From assembly GCA_964544885.1 (NCBI GenBank), contig CAZJDX010000004.1, forward strand, positions 33,407 through 97,406: 64,000 nt of DNA, in the 5' to 3' direction. Positions 38,661 to 48,803 of the stretch are shown here, one piece after another; position 1 is the stretch's first letter, and each line of letters begins with the position of its first letter. Position numbers and translations under genes: made by a program. The notes under the pieces were generated by a model. It was given only the letters and a program-made list of their open reading frames with translations, was not told the DNA's origin and searched no databases. The stretch comes from an uncultured Flavobacteriales bacterium (GTDB lineage: Bacteria; Bacteroidota; Bacteroidia; AKYH767-A; 2013-40CM-41-45).

Positions 38661-39776
38661 TTAAAATTTGTATTCTGTTTCTTTGATTTTTTCCTTCAGC
38701 AGAATCACGCTAAAGGCAAGGATGAATGCCGTGGTTGTGGAGATAAGAACAATAAGCCACCGGCTTGGGTAAGATTTTTTTTCAGCGGCAACGGCATGAT
38801 TCACAATGAAAGTGTGTGAGAGGTTTTGTGTCGCATCAATTTCCGATCTTTTATATTGCTCCTTCAACTCTGCAAGTTCTTTTCTTGCCAGGGTGAGTTC
38901 TTCGTTGAGTGACACACTCGCACCGCCAAATTCAGCAAGCCGGTTGAGCTGTTCCTGAAGCGTGTTCATTCTCGCTGAGGCTCCTTCAATTCTTGCCCTG
39001 GTATTGATGATCGCCGTGTCATTGACTGACAAATGTTTTTCCAGAACGGAAAGGGAGGCTTTTTCATTGTTGAAACTGGCAAAAGCCCTGGCATATTCTT
39101 CACTCCATATCGTACTCTGATTCCTGAAATCCATAACACCCTTTTTGCGAATGGAGGAGAGGGAATCTTCCTTTTCAAGGATCTCATTTTCCTTGTCCAG
39201 ATAGGCCAGCTTTGCAATATTCAGGGCGGAAATCGCCCTCGACCGTTGAATTTTGGTTTTCATCGTATCAAGCAGGGATGCAATTTCATTTGCTATCGAT
39301 GCCGCAATTACCGGATCATGATCAAGGACATCAATCCGGACCGACATGTATTCCGTGCGGGAGAAAGTGATGTTATCCTTGTATTCTTCAATAAGTCTTG
39401 TTTGAGGAAATGCCTTTGTCAGGTCTATGTTGTAATGGTTGATGAGATCGTACTTTTCGATGATGGTCTGCCTGATCTCATCAGAATTAAGTATCTGAAG
39501 CATTTGTTCGGCCTGTTCTTCCGCACCGAAAGCAAGTAAGTCGCGCTTTTCGGCAACATTGGTTTCCAGTATAGCCTTGCTGATGGAATTACTGGCAGCC
39601 GGGAAAAAAATTACCGTAGATCTGAACTTAGGCTGAATGAATGCAGGACCTGAAAAAACCAGAGAAGCCAGGGCAGCACTGAGGCTGACAATGGTCAACG
39701 GTTTCCACCACCTGATCAGCAGTTGTAAAACACTGGTAGACTCCAGGTAGGAAGTGTCCCTGGCTTTCTGAAACAT
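38661..39776 (-). CDS. Wzz-like polysaccharide co-polymerase, paralog 2.
   Basis: Same topology as paralog 1 with a longer coiled-coil region. Confidence 0.7.
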   Translation of the reverse strand: MFQKARDTSYLESTSVLQLLIRWWKPLTIVSLSAALASLVFSGPAFIQPKFRSTVIFFPAASNSISKAILETNVAEKRDLLAFGAEEQAEQMLQILNSDEIRQTIIEKYDLINHYNIDLTKAFPQTRLIEEYKDNITFSRTEYMSVRIDVLDHDPVIAASIANEIASLLDTMKTKIQRSRAISALNIAKLAYLDKENEILEKEDSLSSIRKKGVMDFRNQSTIWSEEYARAFASFNNEKASLSVLEKHLSVNDTAIINTRARIEGASARMNTLQEQLNRLAEFGGASVSLNEELTLARKELAELKEQYKRSEIDATQNLSHTFIVNHAVAAEKKSYPSRWLIVLISTTTAFILAFSVILLKEKIKETEYKF

Positions 39777-40021
39777 GGGTGGTTCTTAAATTTTGTTGAG
39801 GGGCATCAAAGGTAGAAAACGAAACCGAATCTGAAAACTTATTGTTGCTCGATTTCTGATTCTATTCATTGAAATTCAGTCATATACTGCATTACCCGGA
39901 TGCTATGGGAAGAGGTGAATGCCGGATTTAAAAGACAAGCGTCTTGCAATGAATTGTAGTGTTTGAAAAGCTATTCCGGGAAATTCCAATTACTTCAAGA
40001 GGACTTCATTACTAATCCTTT

Positions 40022-41476
40022 TCAAACCTCTCCATATTTTACAATACGGTAAATATTACCTGGCCGGATGAGTTTTAAGGTAAAAGCAAGAACAAAGCAA
40101 CAGATGGCAGAGAGGATAAGTCGCACAGGCCAGGACAAGGTAAGGTTGGCGACAAGTGAGTTCACTAAAATACAGGAACCAAGAAATGCAAATGCAGCGG
40201 TCAGAAATGAAATATTTATCCTGAATTGAAATCTTCTTTGTACCATCAGGATTTGGGTAAGGGCTGTAAATACCTGAGTGCTGATACTGGAAATGGCAGC
40301 ACCAACCGCGGAATATTTCGGAATCAATATGAAATTCAGCAGGATGTTAAGGATCATGCCCGTACTGGCCATTATATTCAGCTGTCGGAGATTTCCATTG
40401 GCTGTAAGGAGCGTGCCGAAAATATAAGTAGCTGAAATAGGGATGAAGCAGGCCATTAGAATCTTGAAAACATTTGCCGATTCAGAAATGTGATCCCCGC
40501 TGTATAAGAGATCCATCAACTCATAACTGTAAAAGTAAGAGCAGACGGCAACAATGATTGCCGGAATCACCAGTAAAGAAACGGACAGACGCACCATTTC
40601 TTCCACATCCTGTTTGAGTTTTATCATTTGTGAAAATATGGGCAGCAGTAATCCCGCGAACAAAAATGCGATCATATTGGATGCGTCAAGAAGCCTGTAA
40701 GCCGAAGCGTATATGCCCGCTTCATGCGCTCCGGTCCTGAAAGGCAGGATTCTCTCCAGCATAACACTGTCAATTCGATTGTAAAAAGTCATTAAAAGCA
40801 CCAATACCGCGTATGGGTATGATTTTTTAAGAATCATCAGGAAGAATGGCCACCTCCAGTGGAACCGTCTGACCTTTGCTTTGTCAATGACGATGGCCAG
40901 TGTGATGGCTGTAGTAAGAAGGTAGGCAGCGGTTTGCGCATATACGAACCATTGGATCTGAAAACTTCCATCACCGGCGTAGGAGAGCAGTAAAAATCCA
41001 CAGATCACAATCATGATAAGTCTGTCGAGCACACTGACGATACTGTCGGTCTTGAATAAATGCAACCCTGCCAGGTTAGACCGCAGGTACATGATAAAAC
41101 TGAGTAATATCTGGTTAAAGATTACGGCAATGAGCATTTTCATCATGTCCGCGGTATAACCGATGAGCAGTCCTCCCAGTATGGTAACGATGGTAAAGAT
41201 GAAGGCGAGTAACAACCGAAGCATGACAATCGAAGAAAAATGCTTACTCAGTAAATGATTGTTCTGCGCGATATTTCTGTTGTTGAAATTCGTGATACCC
41301 AGATCCAGCAGAATGTTGAGCAGGAATGAGAAATTGAAAATAGCGTAGTAAAATCCGTACTGCTCAGTTCCTACCGCGTTCTGAACAGCCCTGTCAATCC
41401 CAAGAATCCAAAACGGTTTAATGAGAAGGTTGAGTAAAAGTACGAGAGCAAGATTAGTTACGAATTTCCGCTGCAT
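40022..41476 (-). CDS. Wzx-type oligosaccharide flippase (polysaccharide biosynthesis protein, MOP superfamily).
   Basis: 484 aa, about 12-14 TM helices. Confidence 0.75.
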   Translation of the reverse strand: MQRKFVTNLALVLLLNLLIKPFWILGIDRAVQNAVGTEQYGFYYAIFNFSFLLNILLDLGITNFNNRNIAQNNHLLSKHFSSIVMLRLLLAFIFTIVTILGGLLIGYTADMMKMLIAVIFNQILLSFIMYLRSNLAGLHLFKTDSIVSVLDRLIMIVICGFLLLSYAGDGSFQIQWFVYAQTAAYLLTTAITLAIVIDKAKVRRFHWRWPFFLMILKKSYPYAVLVLLMTFYNRIDSVMLERILPFRTGAHEAGIYASAYRLLDASNMIAFLFAGLLLPIFSQMIKLKQDVEEMVRLSVSLLVIPAIIVAVCSYFYSYELMDLLYSGDHISESANVFKILMACFIPISATYIFGTLLTANGNLRQLNIMASTGMILNILLNFILIPKYSAVGAAISSISTQVFTALTQILMVQRRFQFRINISFLTAAFAFLGSCILVNSLVANLTLSWPVRLILSAICCFVLAFTLKLIRPGNIYRIVKYGEV

Positions 41477-41596
41477 ATACTGTTGCGAACGGCAAATGTA
41501 ATGAATTCAATTTGTGAAGCGGAAATAAATTGCCGGGCCGAACCTGACTCTTAATCCTGTGCGAAAGCGGATAGCGGCCACCGGGAATAGTGTGGA

Positions 41597-43624
41597 TCAA
41601 TTCTCCGTACGTTTATTGTAACGGCAGGTGCCTTCGTCGAGAAAAGCGGCGTAAGCCTTGACATCGGGAGTATAACCACGGGGTTCAGCGAGCAGTTTTC
41701 CTTTATTGTCAAGTAGTACGTAATAAGGTTGTGAGTTGGTTTGAAAAACCCTTGCCTGGAAATCACTCCATTTGTTACCAGTGCTTCTTATCTTTCTTCC
41801 GCTGGTTGGGGAAATGAATTGTTCAGACTCAGGGAGTGGAGTTTTATCGTCTACGTAAAGGGAAATAAGCACGTATTGCTCAGAGAGTCGTTTGAGTATT
41901 TTCGGATCACTCCAGACATTGTCTTCCATTTTCCTGCAATTGACGCAGCTCCATCCGGTAAAATCAAGTATTACAGGTTTGCCCTGCGCACGTGCATACC
42001 GCATACCCTCTTCATAATCGTGAAAACAATTAAGGTTGTGAGGACACTCGCTTTCGGTTCCTGTTTTCCACTCCTTGTAAAACTCGGGTGGGGGAAAACC
42101 ACTGATCAGTTTCAGTGGAGCGCCCCATACTCCCGGTAAAAGGTATAATGCAAAGGTGAGTGAGAGCATGGCGAACATCAGACGCATTACAGATACATGA
42201 GAGGTCTCATTGTCATGCGACAGTCTGATCTTACCCAGCAGGTATACACCCATCACTCCAAATATGATCACCCAGAGCGAAACGAATAATTCCCTTTTCA
42301 GAATACCCCAGTGATAGGCAAGGTCAACGTTCGAAAGGAATTTCAACGCGAGCGCCAACTCCAGAAATCCCAAAGAAACCTTTACCGTATTTAGCCATCC
42401 TCCTGATTTGGGAAGTGAATTCAACCAGTTCGGGAAGAGAGAGAATAAGGCAAAGGGTATGGCCAGCGCCAGTGAAAATCCTGTCATCCCGGCGAGCGGT
42501 CCCAGATAGCTCCTTCCGTGTGCCGCCTCTACGAGTAGTGTCCCGATAATGGGACCTGTACAGGAAAATGAAACCAGAGACAAGGTGAAGGCCATAAAGA
42601 AAATTCCAACAAGTCCACCCCGGTCGCTGGCTGCATCGGCCTTGTTAATGATCCAGGAAGGTAAGGTGATCTCAAAGGCGCCAAAGAAGGATATCGCGAA
42701 GATCACGAAGATGATGAAAAAAGCCATATTGAACAGGGCATTACTTGCCAGTTCATTCAGCGCGTCGCTTCCGAAGGTAATGGTGACGAGCAGTCCGAGC
42801 GATACATAAATGATAATGATGGAAAGAGCATAAATGATGGCGTTCCTGATACCTTTTTTACGGTCACCGCTCCTCTTGGTAAAGAAGCTGACCGTCATCG
42901 GGATCATGGGAAAAACACAAGGTGTCAGAAGCGCAAGTAATCCGCCCAGTAAGCCGGCGAAAAAAATACCCAACAGGGATGAATCTATTTTCCCGTTTTG
43001 AGTTTCAGACTCTCCGCAACCCGGTTCAAGTTTGGTAAGCGGACTGCTTGCGAAGGCGATATCATCGTTGTAATGTATTTCATTTTCTTTACCAGCAGCC
43101 GAATCCGGTACAGACTGTTGTACCGGCACTGCCTGAGCTTCACCTTGTTTATCTGCAGGCTCGTTATCCTTGAGTTGGCCGGATTTACCGACTATAAATT
43201 TGAAGTCTTTTTCCTGAAAGATACAGGCTTCCAGGCAGGCCTGATATTCAATTAAGCCACTGATCTCACAAACACCGTCTTTTAATTTAACCTTCTGGCG
43301 AAAACTTGCTTCATTCTTAAACAGCAGTACATTTACTTCAAAGGTTGAATCGAATTCCTGCCAGGCTTTAGGTTCAGTTACCTTACCTTTCAAATCATAG
43401 CAGCTGCTTTCATTAAATTTGAAAACCATTGGCAGCGGGCCGCCGTCCGGAGTAAACTGGGAATAGATATGCCAGCCTTTGTCGATCCTGACATTGAATA
43501 CCAGCGTGGCTTCATTACCATCTGTTTCTTCAACTGTAAAAGTCCATTTTGCAGGCTCTAAGATCTGAGCATGTGAAGTCAGGCCGCCAAGAATGCATAC
43601 CAGGATCAGTATGAGTTTTTTCAT
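41597..43624 (-). CDS. dsbD: Thiol:disulfide interchange protein DsbD (alpha-beta-gamma architecture).
   Basis: N-terminal periplasmic Ig-like domain with Cys pairs, a TM core with Cys in the TM helices (LTPCVFPMIP), and a C-terminal thioredoxin with WSCVNCRKME. Confidence 0.85.
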   Translation of the reverse strand: MKKLILILVCILGGLTSHAQILEPAKWTFTVEETDGNEATLVFNVRIDKGWHIYSQFTPDGGPLPMVFKFNESSCYDLKGKVTEPKAWQEFDSTFEVNVLLFKNEASFRQKVKLKDGVCEISGLIEYQACLEACIFQEKDFKFIVGKSGQLKDNEPADKQGEAQAVPVQQSVPDSAAGKENEIHYNDDIAFASSPLTKLEPGCGESETQNGKIDSSLLGIFFAGLLGGLLALLTPCVFPMIPMTVSFFTKRSGDRKKGIRNAIIYALSIIIIYVSLGLLVTITFGSDALNELASNALFNMAFFIIFVIFAISFFGAFEITLPSWIINKADAASDRGGLVGIFFMAFTLSLVSFSCTGPIIGTLLVEAAHGRSYLGPLAGMTGFSLALAIPFALFSLFPNWLNSLPKSGGWLNTVKVSLGFLELALALKFLSNVDLAYHWGILKRELFVSLWVIIFGVMGVYLLGKIRLSHDNETSHVSVMRLMFAMLSLTFALYLLPGVWGAPLKLISGFPPPEFYKEWKTGTESECPHNLNCFHDYEEGMRYARAQGKPVILDFTGWSCVNCRKMEDNVWSDPKILKRLSEQYVLISLYVDDKTPLPESEQFISPTSGRKIRSTGNKWSDFQARVFQTNSQPYYVLLDNKGKLLAEPRGYTPDVKAYAAFLDEGTCRYNKRTEN

Positions 43625-43717
43625 AAGGAAATTTGCAACGGCTTTGGAAATAGATTTTTAACGCAAAATACCATAGAATGTTTTTACAAGGACGACGAAT
43701 TTAGAAAAAATTCATGC

Positions 43718-44464
43718 TTAGAACCATGAGAATAGTTGTTCAATGGTTAATCCGTTCTTTTCCCGGCCTTTCAGATCACGGCGTATTCTTCCGTTTTCCA
43801 GTTGTATAAGACGGGTTCCATATTTCAAGGCGTCTTTGAGATGGTGTGTGATAAGAATGACGGTAAGTTTTCTTTCCTCAATAATTTCTCTTGTCAGGTC
43901 CATGAACAATTCGGTCGTTTTGGGATCGAGTGCGGCTGTAGGTTCATCCATAAGCAGAATTTCAGCATCATCCAAAACAGCCATCAGCAAGGTTAGAGCC
44001 TGTCTCTGCCCACCGCTCAAGGTGCCTGCGCTTTGGTCGGGATTGTTTTCAAGTCCAAGCCGTATCTTTTTTAATTCAGTAACAGCTTTGGCCCGGAAAA
44101 CGCTTCCGGTACCGATCTTCAAACCTTTTTTACCGGTGCGAAGTGAGGCCAGCCGCATATTTTCAAGAATGCTCAGTTCATCCGCAGTTCCCATCAAAGG
44201 GTTTTGAAAGACCCTGGCGATAAATTCCGATCGGTTATGTTCGCTTAGCCGGCTCAGGTCTTTTCCGTTCAGAAGAATGTTTCCTTCGTCGGGTATCCTG
44301 CTTCCTGCCAGCAGATTGAGAAGGGTACTTTTTCCTGATCCGTTGGCGCCGATCAAAATGATGAATTCCCCTCTCTCAATTGTAAGGCTTACTCCGTTAA
44401 TGGCCCGGTTTTCATTTACGCTGCCTTTCTGGAAGGCGTAGGTCAGATCCTTTATCTCAATCAT
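43718..44464 (-). CDS. ABC transporter ATP-binding protein.
   Basis: Walker A GANGSGKST, signature LSGGQRQ, Walker B LLMDEP. Confidence 0.85.
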   Translation of the reverse strand: MIEIKDLTYAFQKGSVNENRAINGVSLTIERGEFIILIGANGSGKSTLLNLLAGSRIPDEGNILLNGKDLSRLSEHNRSEFIARVFQNPLMGTADELSILENMRLASLRTGKKGLKIGTGSVFRAKAVTELKKIRLGLENNPDQSAGTLSGGQRQALTLLMAVLDDAEILLMDEPTAALDPKTTELFMDLTREIIEERKLTVILITHHLKDALKYGTRLIQLENGRIRRDLKGREKNGLTIEQLFSWF

Positions 44465-45320
44465 TTATTCTTTTCAGGTTTGGGATACTTATCACAACTA
44501 AAACCAGAATAGCGACAATGAGTTTTAGATAAACTGGATCAATTCCGGTTGTCAGTGCGAAGGCAAGGATCAGTCGGAATAGCAGACTTCCGGCAATTAC
44601 GCCGAGAAGTTGAAAAGTTATGCTGTGGATTTTAATGAACCGAAGGAAAATTTCACCGATCATGACAGAACCCAGACCAAGGATCACAATTCCGATACCC
44701 ATATTGATATCGGCAAATCCTTGTACCTGAGTAATCAGAAATCCACTTATGGCGATCAAACCGTTGGAGATCGCGATGCCGGCAATTTTCATGGTATCCG
44801 GGTTGACGCCCAAAGAACGTATCATTTGCGGATTGTTTCCGGTTGCCCTCATGGCAAGTCCGAAGTCTGTTCTGAGCAGCCATGATAAAAATGTAAGCAC
44901 GAAAACACAGAATAATACCAGCGTGAGGAGCGTTGAAATCCTGCCACCTGCAACAGTAAATGAATCGAAGATAGTTGGGGTTTGTATCAATGGTATAGTT
45001 GATCTTCCCATTACATCCAGGTTAACAGAGTAAAGAGCGGTCATAACCAGTATGCCGGAAAGCAGCGCATTCACCTTCAGTTTGGTATGAATAATTGACA
45101 TACAAAAGCCGGCAAGAGCTCCGGCAAAGAAGGAGAAAAGGAGGCTTAACCAGGGTGAAGCGCCGCCACTGATCAGAACAGCGGTAACGGCAGCGCCAAG
45201 CGTAAAACTTCCATCCGTGGTTATATCGGGAATATTAAAGATCCGCATGCTGATGAATGTTCCCATTGCCAGCAGAGAGAATGCGAGACCAAGTAAAATC
45301 GCTGATTCATAGAAGGTCAT
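44457..45320 (-). CDS. ABC transporter permease.
   Basis: 287 aa polytopic protein; it overlaps the ATPase gene by 8 bp. Confidence 0.8.
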   Translation of the reverse strand: MTFYESAILLGLAFSLLAMGTFISMRIFNIPDITTDGSFTLGAAVTAVLISGGASPWLSLLFSFFAGALAGFCMSIIHTKLKVNALLSGILVMTALYSVNLDVMGRSTIPLIQTPTIFDSFTVAGGRISTLLTLVLFCVFVLTFLSWLLRTDFGLAMRATGNNPQMIRSLGVNPDTMKIAGIAISNGLIAISGFLITQVQGFADINMGIGIVILGLGSVMIGEIFLRFIKIHSITFQLLGVIAGSLLFRLILAFALTTGIDPVYLKLIVAILVLVVISIPNLKRIND

Positions 45321-45326
45321 AACATC

Positions 45327-46292
45327 TTAGTTGTTGACCGCTATGAACGTGCTGTCGAATTGGACTTTATACATTTCAGCCTTCAGGGGATTGAAGACTC
45401 TTCTCCTGTGCGACACGCTCTCGGGACTGATTTTCTTCAGGTCTCTTTCTTTCAGATAAATGGCAGCCTGCATGCCCGTCTGATAACCCCAAGCATACAT
45501 GTCTGCACCGAAAGCAGCCAGCGCTCCACGCTTCACGAGACCTTCTTCGCAGGTGAAGACGGGTACTCCGGCATCGTCACAGCTTTTTACAATGATCTCA
45601 ATGGATGAAAAAACCGTATTGTCAGGAAGGGCAAAGAAGGCATCAATATCCTTGTTGAGGAGTGCGGCAACCACCAATTGAGTTTCATTGCTTGAATTTA
45701 CTGAAAGCTTCTCGATTCGCATACCCATTGATTCCGCGGTACGTTCAATCCTTTGCAGGGCATCAACCGACTGTGGTTCGCTTTGGTTATAGATGGTACC
45801 AATCTTTACGGCCTCGGGGAAAAAGTTCCGTATCAGCATGAGTGAAGTGTCAATATAATCCAGTGTCTCATAGACGCCGAATAAATTTGAAGGAGATTTT
45901 CCCGATTTATCGGTCAGTCCTGCAAGATCGGGTCGGGGAGAGACCATCATGAAAACCGGAATCCTGTTGGTTCGCTGTACGGCAGTGATGGTGGAAAGGG
46001 TAGGGTTGGCAGCGATCAGATCGACATCTTGTGCAATGAGATAATCGCAGGCCTGCAACAAGGTTGGCTGATCACTTTGTGCATTGCGGTAAATTATTTT
46101 TAAGGTACTGTCTGTTGGACTGAATCCCTCGTCTTTTAATGCAACGAAGAAACCTTTTCTTGCCTGTTCCAGGGTTTCATCCTGCAGAAAATCAAGAAAA
46201 CCAATGACAGGGACTGCTTTTTCTCTGTGCTGACTGCAGGAGGAAGCAATAAGGATGAACAGGACGGCGATAAGTGAATAAATCTTTCTCAT
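45327..46292 (-). CDS. ABC transporter substrate-binding lipoprotein (uncharacterised ABC_sub_bind type).
   Basis: Lipoprotein signal IASSCS and a periplasmic-binding-protein-like two-lobe composition. Confidence 0.65.
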   Translation of the reverse strand: MRKIYSLIAVLFILIASSCSQHREKAVPVIGFLDFLQDETLEQARKGFFVALKDEGFSPTDSTLKIIYRNAQSDQPTLLQACDYLIAQDVDLIAANPTLSTITAVQRTNRIPVFMMVSPRPDLAGLTDKSGKSPSNLFGVYETLDYIDTSLMLIRNFFPEAVKIGTIYNQSEPQSVDALQRIERTAESMGMRIEKLSVNSSNETQLVVAALLNKDIDAFFALPDNTVFSSIEIIVKSCDDAGVPVFTCEEGLVKRGALAAFGADMYAWGYQTGMQAAIYLKERDLKKISPESVSHRRRVFNPLKAEMYKVQFDSTFIAVNN

Positions 46293-46367
46293 CTGAAAAT
46301 ATTTTCAAACCTGTTTGAAACCTGATTGAAGAAAATCCGGACAGTGGCTATGAATCATCATGTAAGT

Positions 46368-46470
46368 TCACCAACTGCCACCTGCCCCGCCGCCGCCTGA
46401 TCCCCCTCCGCCGAATCCCCCGAATCCACCACCGAAACCTCCGCCGAATCCACCTCCGCCGGAAAAATTA
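46368..46470 (-). repeat. Low-complexity coding repeat, (GGGF)n glycine-rich tail.
   Basis: Reiterated ccgccgaatcc/ccaccgaaacc units seen directly in the DNA. Confidence 0.6.
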
Positions 46471-47147
46471 CCCCATGACCCGCGTGAACGGTTTGCAGCA
46501 GCATTCAGTAATGCCCAGGCTGTCCAGAAGGCAAGATTGTTCGTGTGCGCGTAGCGTTGTACACTTTTTACTTTGGCAAACAGGACGATCATCATGACAA
46601 TGAATATCATGAAGAAGAGAAACAAGGATGGCTTATCACTTTGTTCTGATGATTTCATGTAGTCTTCTGCGGTATATTCTCCGCTTACTATGGCCATAAT
46701 TGAATTGGTCGCTGTTTCTATTCCTTCATAAAACAGTCCTTGTTTGAATGCCGGTACTATATCCCGCTCAACTATCCTCTTGCAGAGCGCATCGGGTAGA
46801 ACACCTTCAATGCCGTAACCCGTATTTATAAAAACTTTCCGGTCTTCTTTTGCCACCAGAACTAGTATCCCGTTGTTTTTTGACTTCTGACCGATTCCCC
46901 ATTTATTGAAAAGCTGAACCGCGTACTCCGCAATTTCATAAGACCCTGTTGAGCTCATGATGACCACGGCGATCTGAGTGGAGGTTGAGTCGTTAAAGGC
47001 GAGGAGTTTTCTTTCCAGGGAAGCGGCTTCATCAGCGCTCAGTGTACTGGTAAAATCGGTAACCAGAGTAGAGGCGCGCGGCGGAAAATCCTGTGCTATG
47101 GCAGCAGAACTGAGTATCAGCAGAAATAACAGGATTCTCTTCTTCAT
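46368..47147 (-). CDS. TPM-domain (TLP18.3/Psb32/MOLO-1) protein with a C-terminal TM and a Gly-rich tail.
   Basis: Signal peptide MKKRILLFLLILSSAAIAQ (start at 47147), TPM domain, TM, then GGGGFGGGFGGGFGGFGGGGSGGGGAGGSW. Confidence 0.75.
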   Translation of the reverse strand: MKKRILLFLLILSSAAIAQDFPPRASTLVTDFTSTLSADEAASLERKLLAFNDSTSTQIAVVIMSSTGSYEIAEYAVQLFNKWGIGQKSKNNGILVLVAKEDRKVFINTGYGIEGVLPDALCKRIVERDIVPAFKQGLFYEGIETATNSIMAIVSGEYTAEDYMKSSEQSDKPSLFLFFMIFIVMMIVLFAKVKSVQRYAHTNNLAFWTAWALLNAAANRSRGSWGNFSGGGGFGGGFGGGFGGFGGGGSGGGGAGGSW

Positions 47148-47232
47148 ACTAAGTTGACCGCTGAGTAAAACAGGGTGTGGGTCAAGGTTAAGGTATTGAT
47201 GGCTGACAGAGAACTGCCAGCGGTAAAAGCTT

Positions 47233-47694
47233 TCATTTCGCAGGCGCTTTCGGATTTTTCTTTCCAAAGACTATCTCGTTGGATAATTCGTTTTTATCAT
47301 CCTTCTGATAAGGGAAATATTTTTGCAGCGCTTCCCCGGCCATTTTCACTCCATTGCTGAGTCCGTGAATAAAATCACCTTCTGTGAAATGGTTCTGCAT
47401 GGCCAGTTTGATCTCAAACCAGAAATCAGGCGAAACCTTTGCATTGATTCCTTTGTCTCCGAGAATTGCAAATTGCCGGGAGTCGAGAGCAAGGTAGAAC
47501 AATACGCCATTCCGTTCCTTTGTCTGATCCATCCTGAGTTCCCTGAAGATGAATGCGGCTCTGTCGAGTACATTTTCTCCGCATTCAGATTCGACGAAGA
47601 GCCTCATTTCACCGGAGGTATTCTTTTCCGCCTCGGCAATGGCAGACTGTATTTTCAGTCTGTCAGCTTCTGTAAAACGCCCTTCTATGTTCAT
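47233..47694 (-). CDS. TPM-domain protein, cytoplasmic-type paralog.
   Basis: 153 aa in the conserved LemA-TPM-TPM arrangement. Confidence 0.7.
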   Translation of the reverse strand: MNIEGRFTEADRLKIQSAIAEAEKNTSGEMRLFVESECGENVLDRAAFIFRELRMDQTKERNGVLFYLALDSRQFAILGDKGINAKVSPDFWFEIKLAMQNHFTEGDFIHGLSNGVKMAGEALQKYFPYQKDDKNELSNEIVFGKKNPKAPAK

Positions 47695-48269
47695 CAGAAT
47701 TTTACGTCCGGTGCTTTTTCACTTCCTGCATCCGCTTCAAAATAGGGTCTCATTTTAAAGCCAAGAAGGTTAGCAATGATGACCTTTGGGAAAACGGCAC
47801 GACCGGCATTGTATGCCTGTGCGGCTTCATTGAATTGCCTGCGCGCTTCGTTGATCCGGTTTTCGGTGCCTTCCAGTTGGGCCTGCAACTCGATGAAATT
47901 TTGTACTGCCTTCAGTTGAGGATAATTTTCGGCGACAGCAAGCAAGCGACCCAGTGCTCCGCTAAGCTGAGCCTGCGCTGCCTGAAACTGCTGGAGCTTT
48001 TCAGGTGTGAGGTCATTCGGATCGACCTTAATGCTTGTTGCATTGGCCCGCGCCTGCGTGACGGCTTCCAGGGTTGATTTTTCGAAATCGGCTGCCCCTT
48101 TAACGGTTTCAACCAGGTTCGGAATCAGGTCGGCTCTGCGCTGATACTGATTTTCCACATTTGCCCAGGCCTTGTTTACACTTTCCCTTGATCCAACCAG
48201 ACTGTTATAGCCACTGATACCCCAGAGTACGAGGACGCCAAGGATGATCCAAATGAGATACTTTTTCAT
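47694..48269 (-). CDS. LemA family protein.
   Basis: N-terminal TM plus the conserved LemA region (NSLVGSRESVNKAWANVENQYQRRADLIPNLVETVKG). Confidence 0.85.
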   Translation of the reverse strand: MKKYLIWIILGVLVLWGISGYNSLVGSRESVNKAWANVENQYQRRADLIPNLVETVKGAADFEKSTLEAVTQARANATSIKVDPNDLTPEKLQQFQAAQAQLSGALGRLLAVAENYPQLKAVQNFIELQAQLEGTENRINEARRQFNEAAQAYNAGRAVFPKVIIANLLGFKMRPYFEADAGSEKAPDVKF

Positions 48270-48453
48270 GTTTTAAGAGTATTTAGATGTTCAATATGAT
48301 AAATGGTTTCCGGCCACAAAGATAATTTATAAATCAAATCACTTGTGCATAAGTTTTAACTATTCAGGCTGAACACATGAGCGGGAAACCGGGAACGACA
48401 GTCAAATGGCATTGAAGGAAACGGAATCCGGTTCTTTTCGGAGGCAGTATTAT

Positions 48454-48741
48454 CTATTCAAAAAACTCTATTCTGTGAATGGACCGGATAGGAATGTCAA
48501 TATTGCCTTTTAATATGACATAGTTCTCCGTCAGATTCCAGATGGTCGTATCGGCAAATCGGGTGCCTGTATCGGTTTCAAAGATGATCTTTACTTTTTG
48601 ATGTTCTGTATTTCCAAGTTTAAGAGCTCTTTCAAGTTCGGCTCTCAGATCCTGACGGAAAGTTGCCTTATGCGGTTGATCAATACTTACAAATTTCAAA
48701 CCGATGATGTCCTCTTTGTTCACTACAGTCGCTTCGATCAT
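48454..48741 (-). CDS. Hypothetical protein.
   Basis: 95 aa with no motif recognised. Confidence 0.4.
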   Translation of the reverse strand: MIEATVVNKEDIIGLKFVSIDQPHKATFRQDLRAELERALKLGNTEHQKVKIIFETDTGTRFADTTIWNLTENYVILKGNIDIPIRSIHRIEFFE

Positions 48742-48803
48742 AGCTTAGTTTATCTTGAAATCCTGAAATAAAGAATGTGATGAAGGTATTAATCGCAAAA
48801 TTT

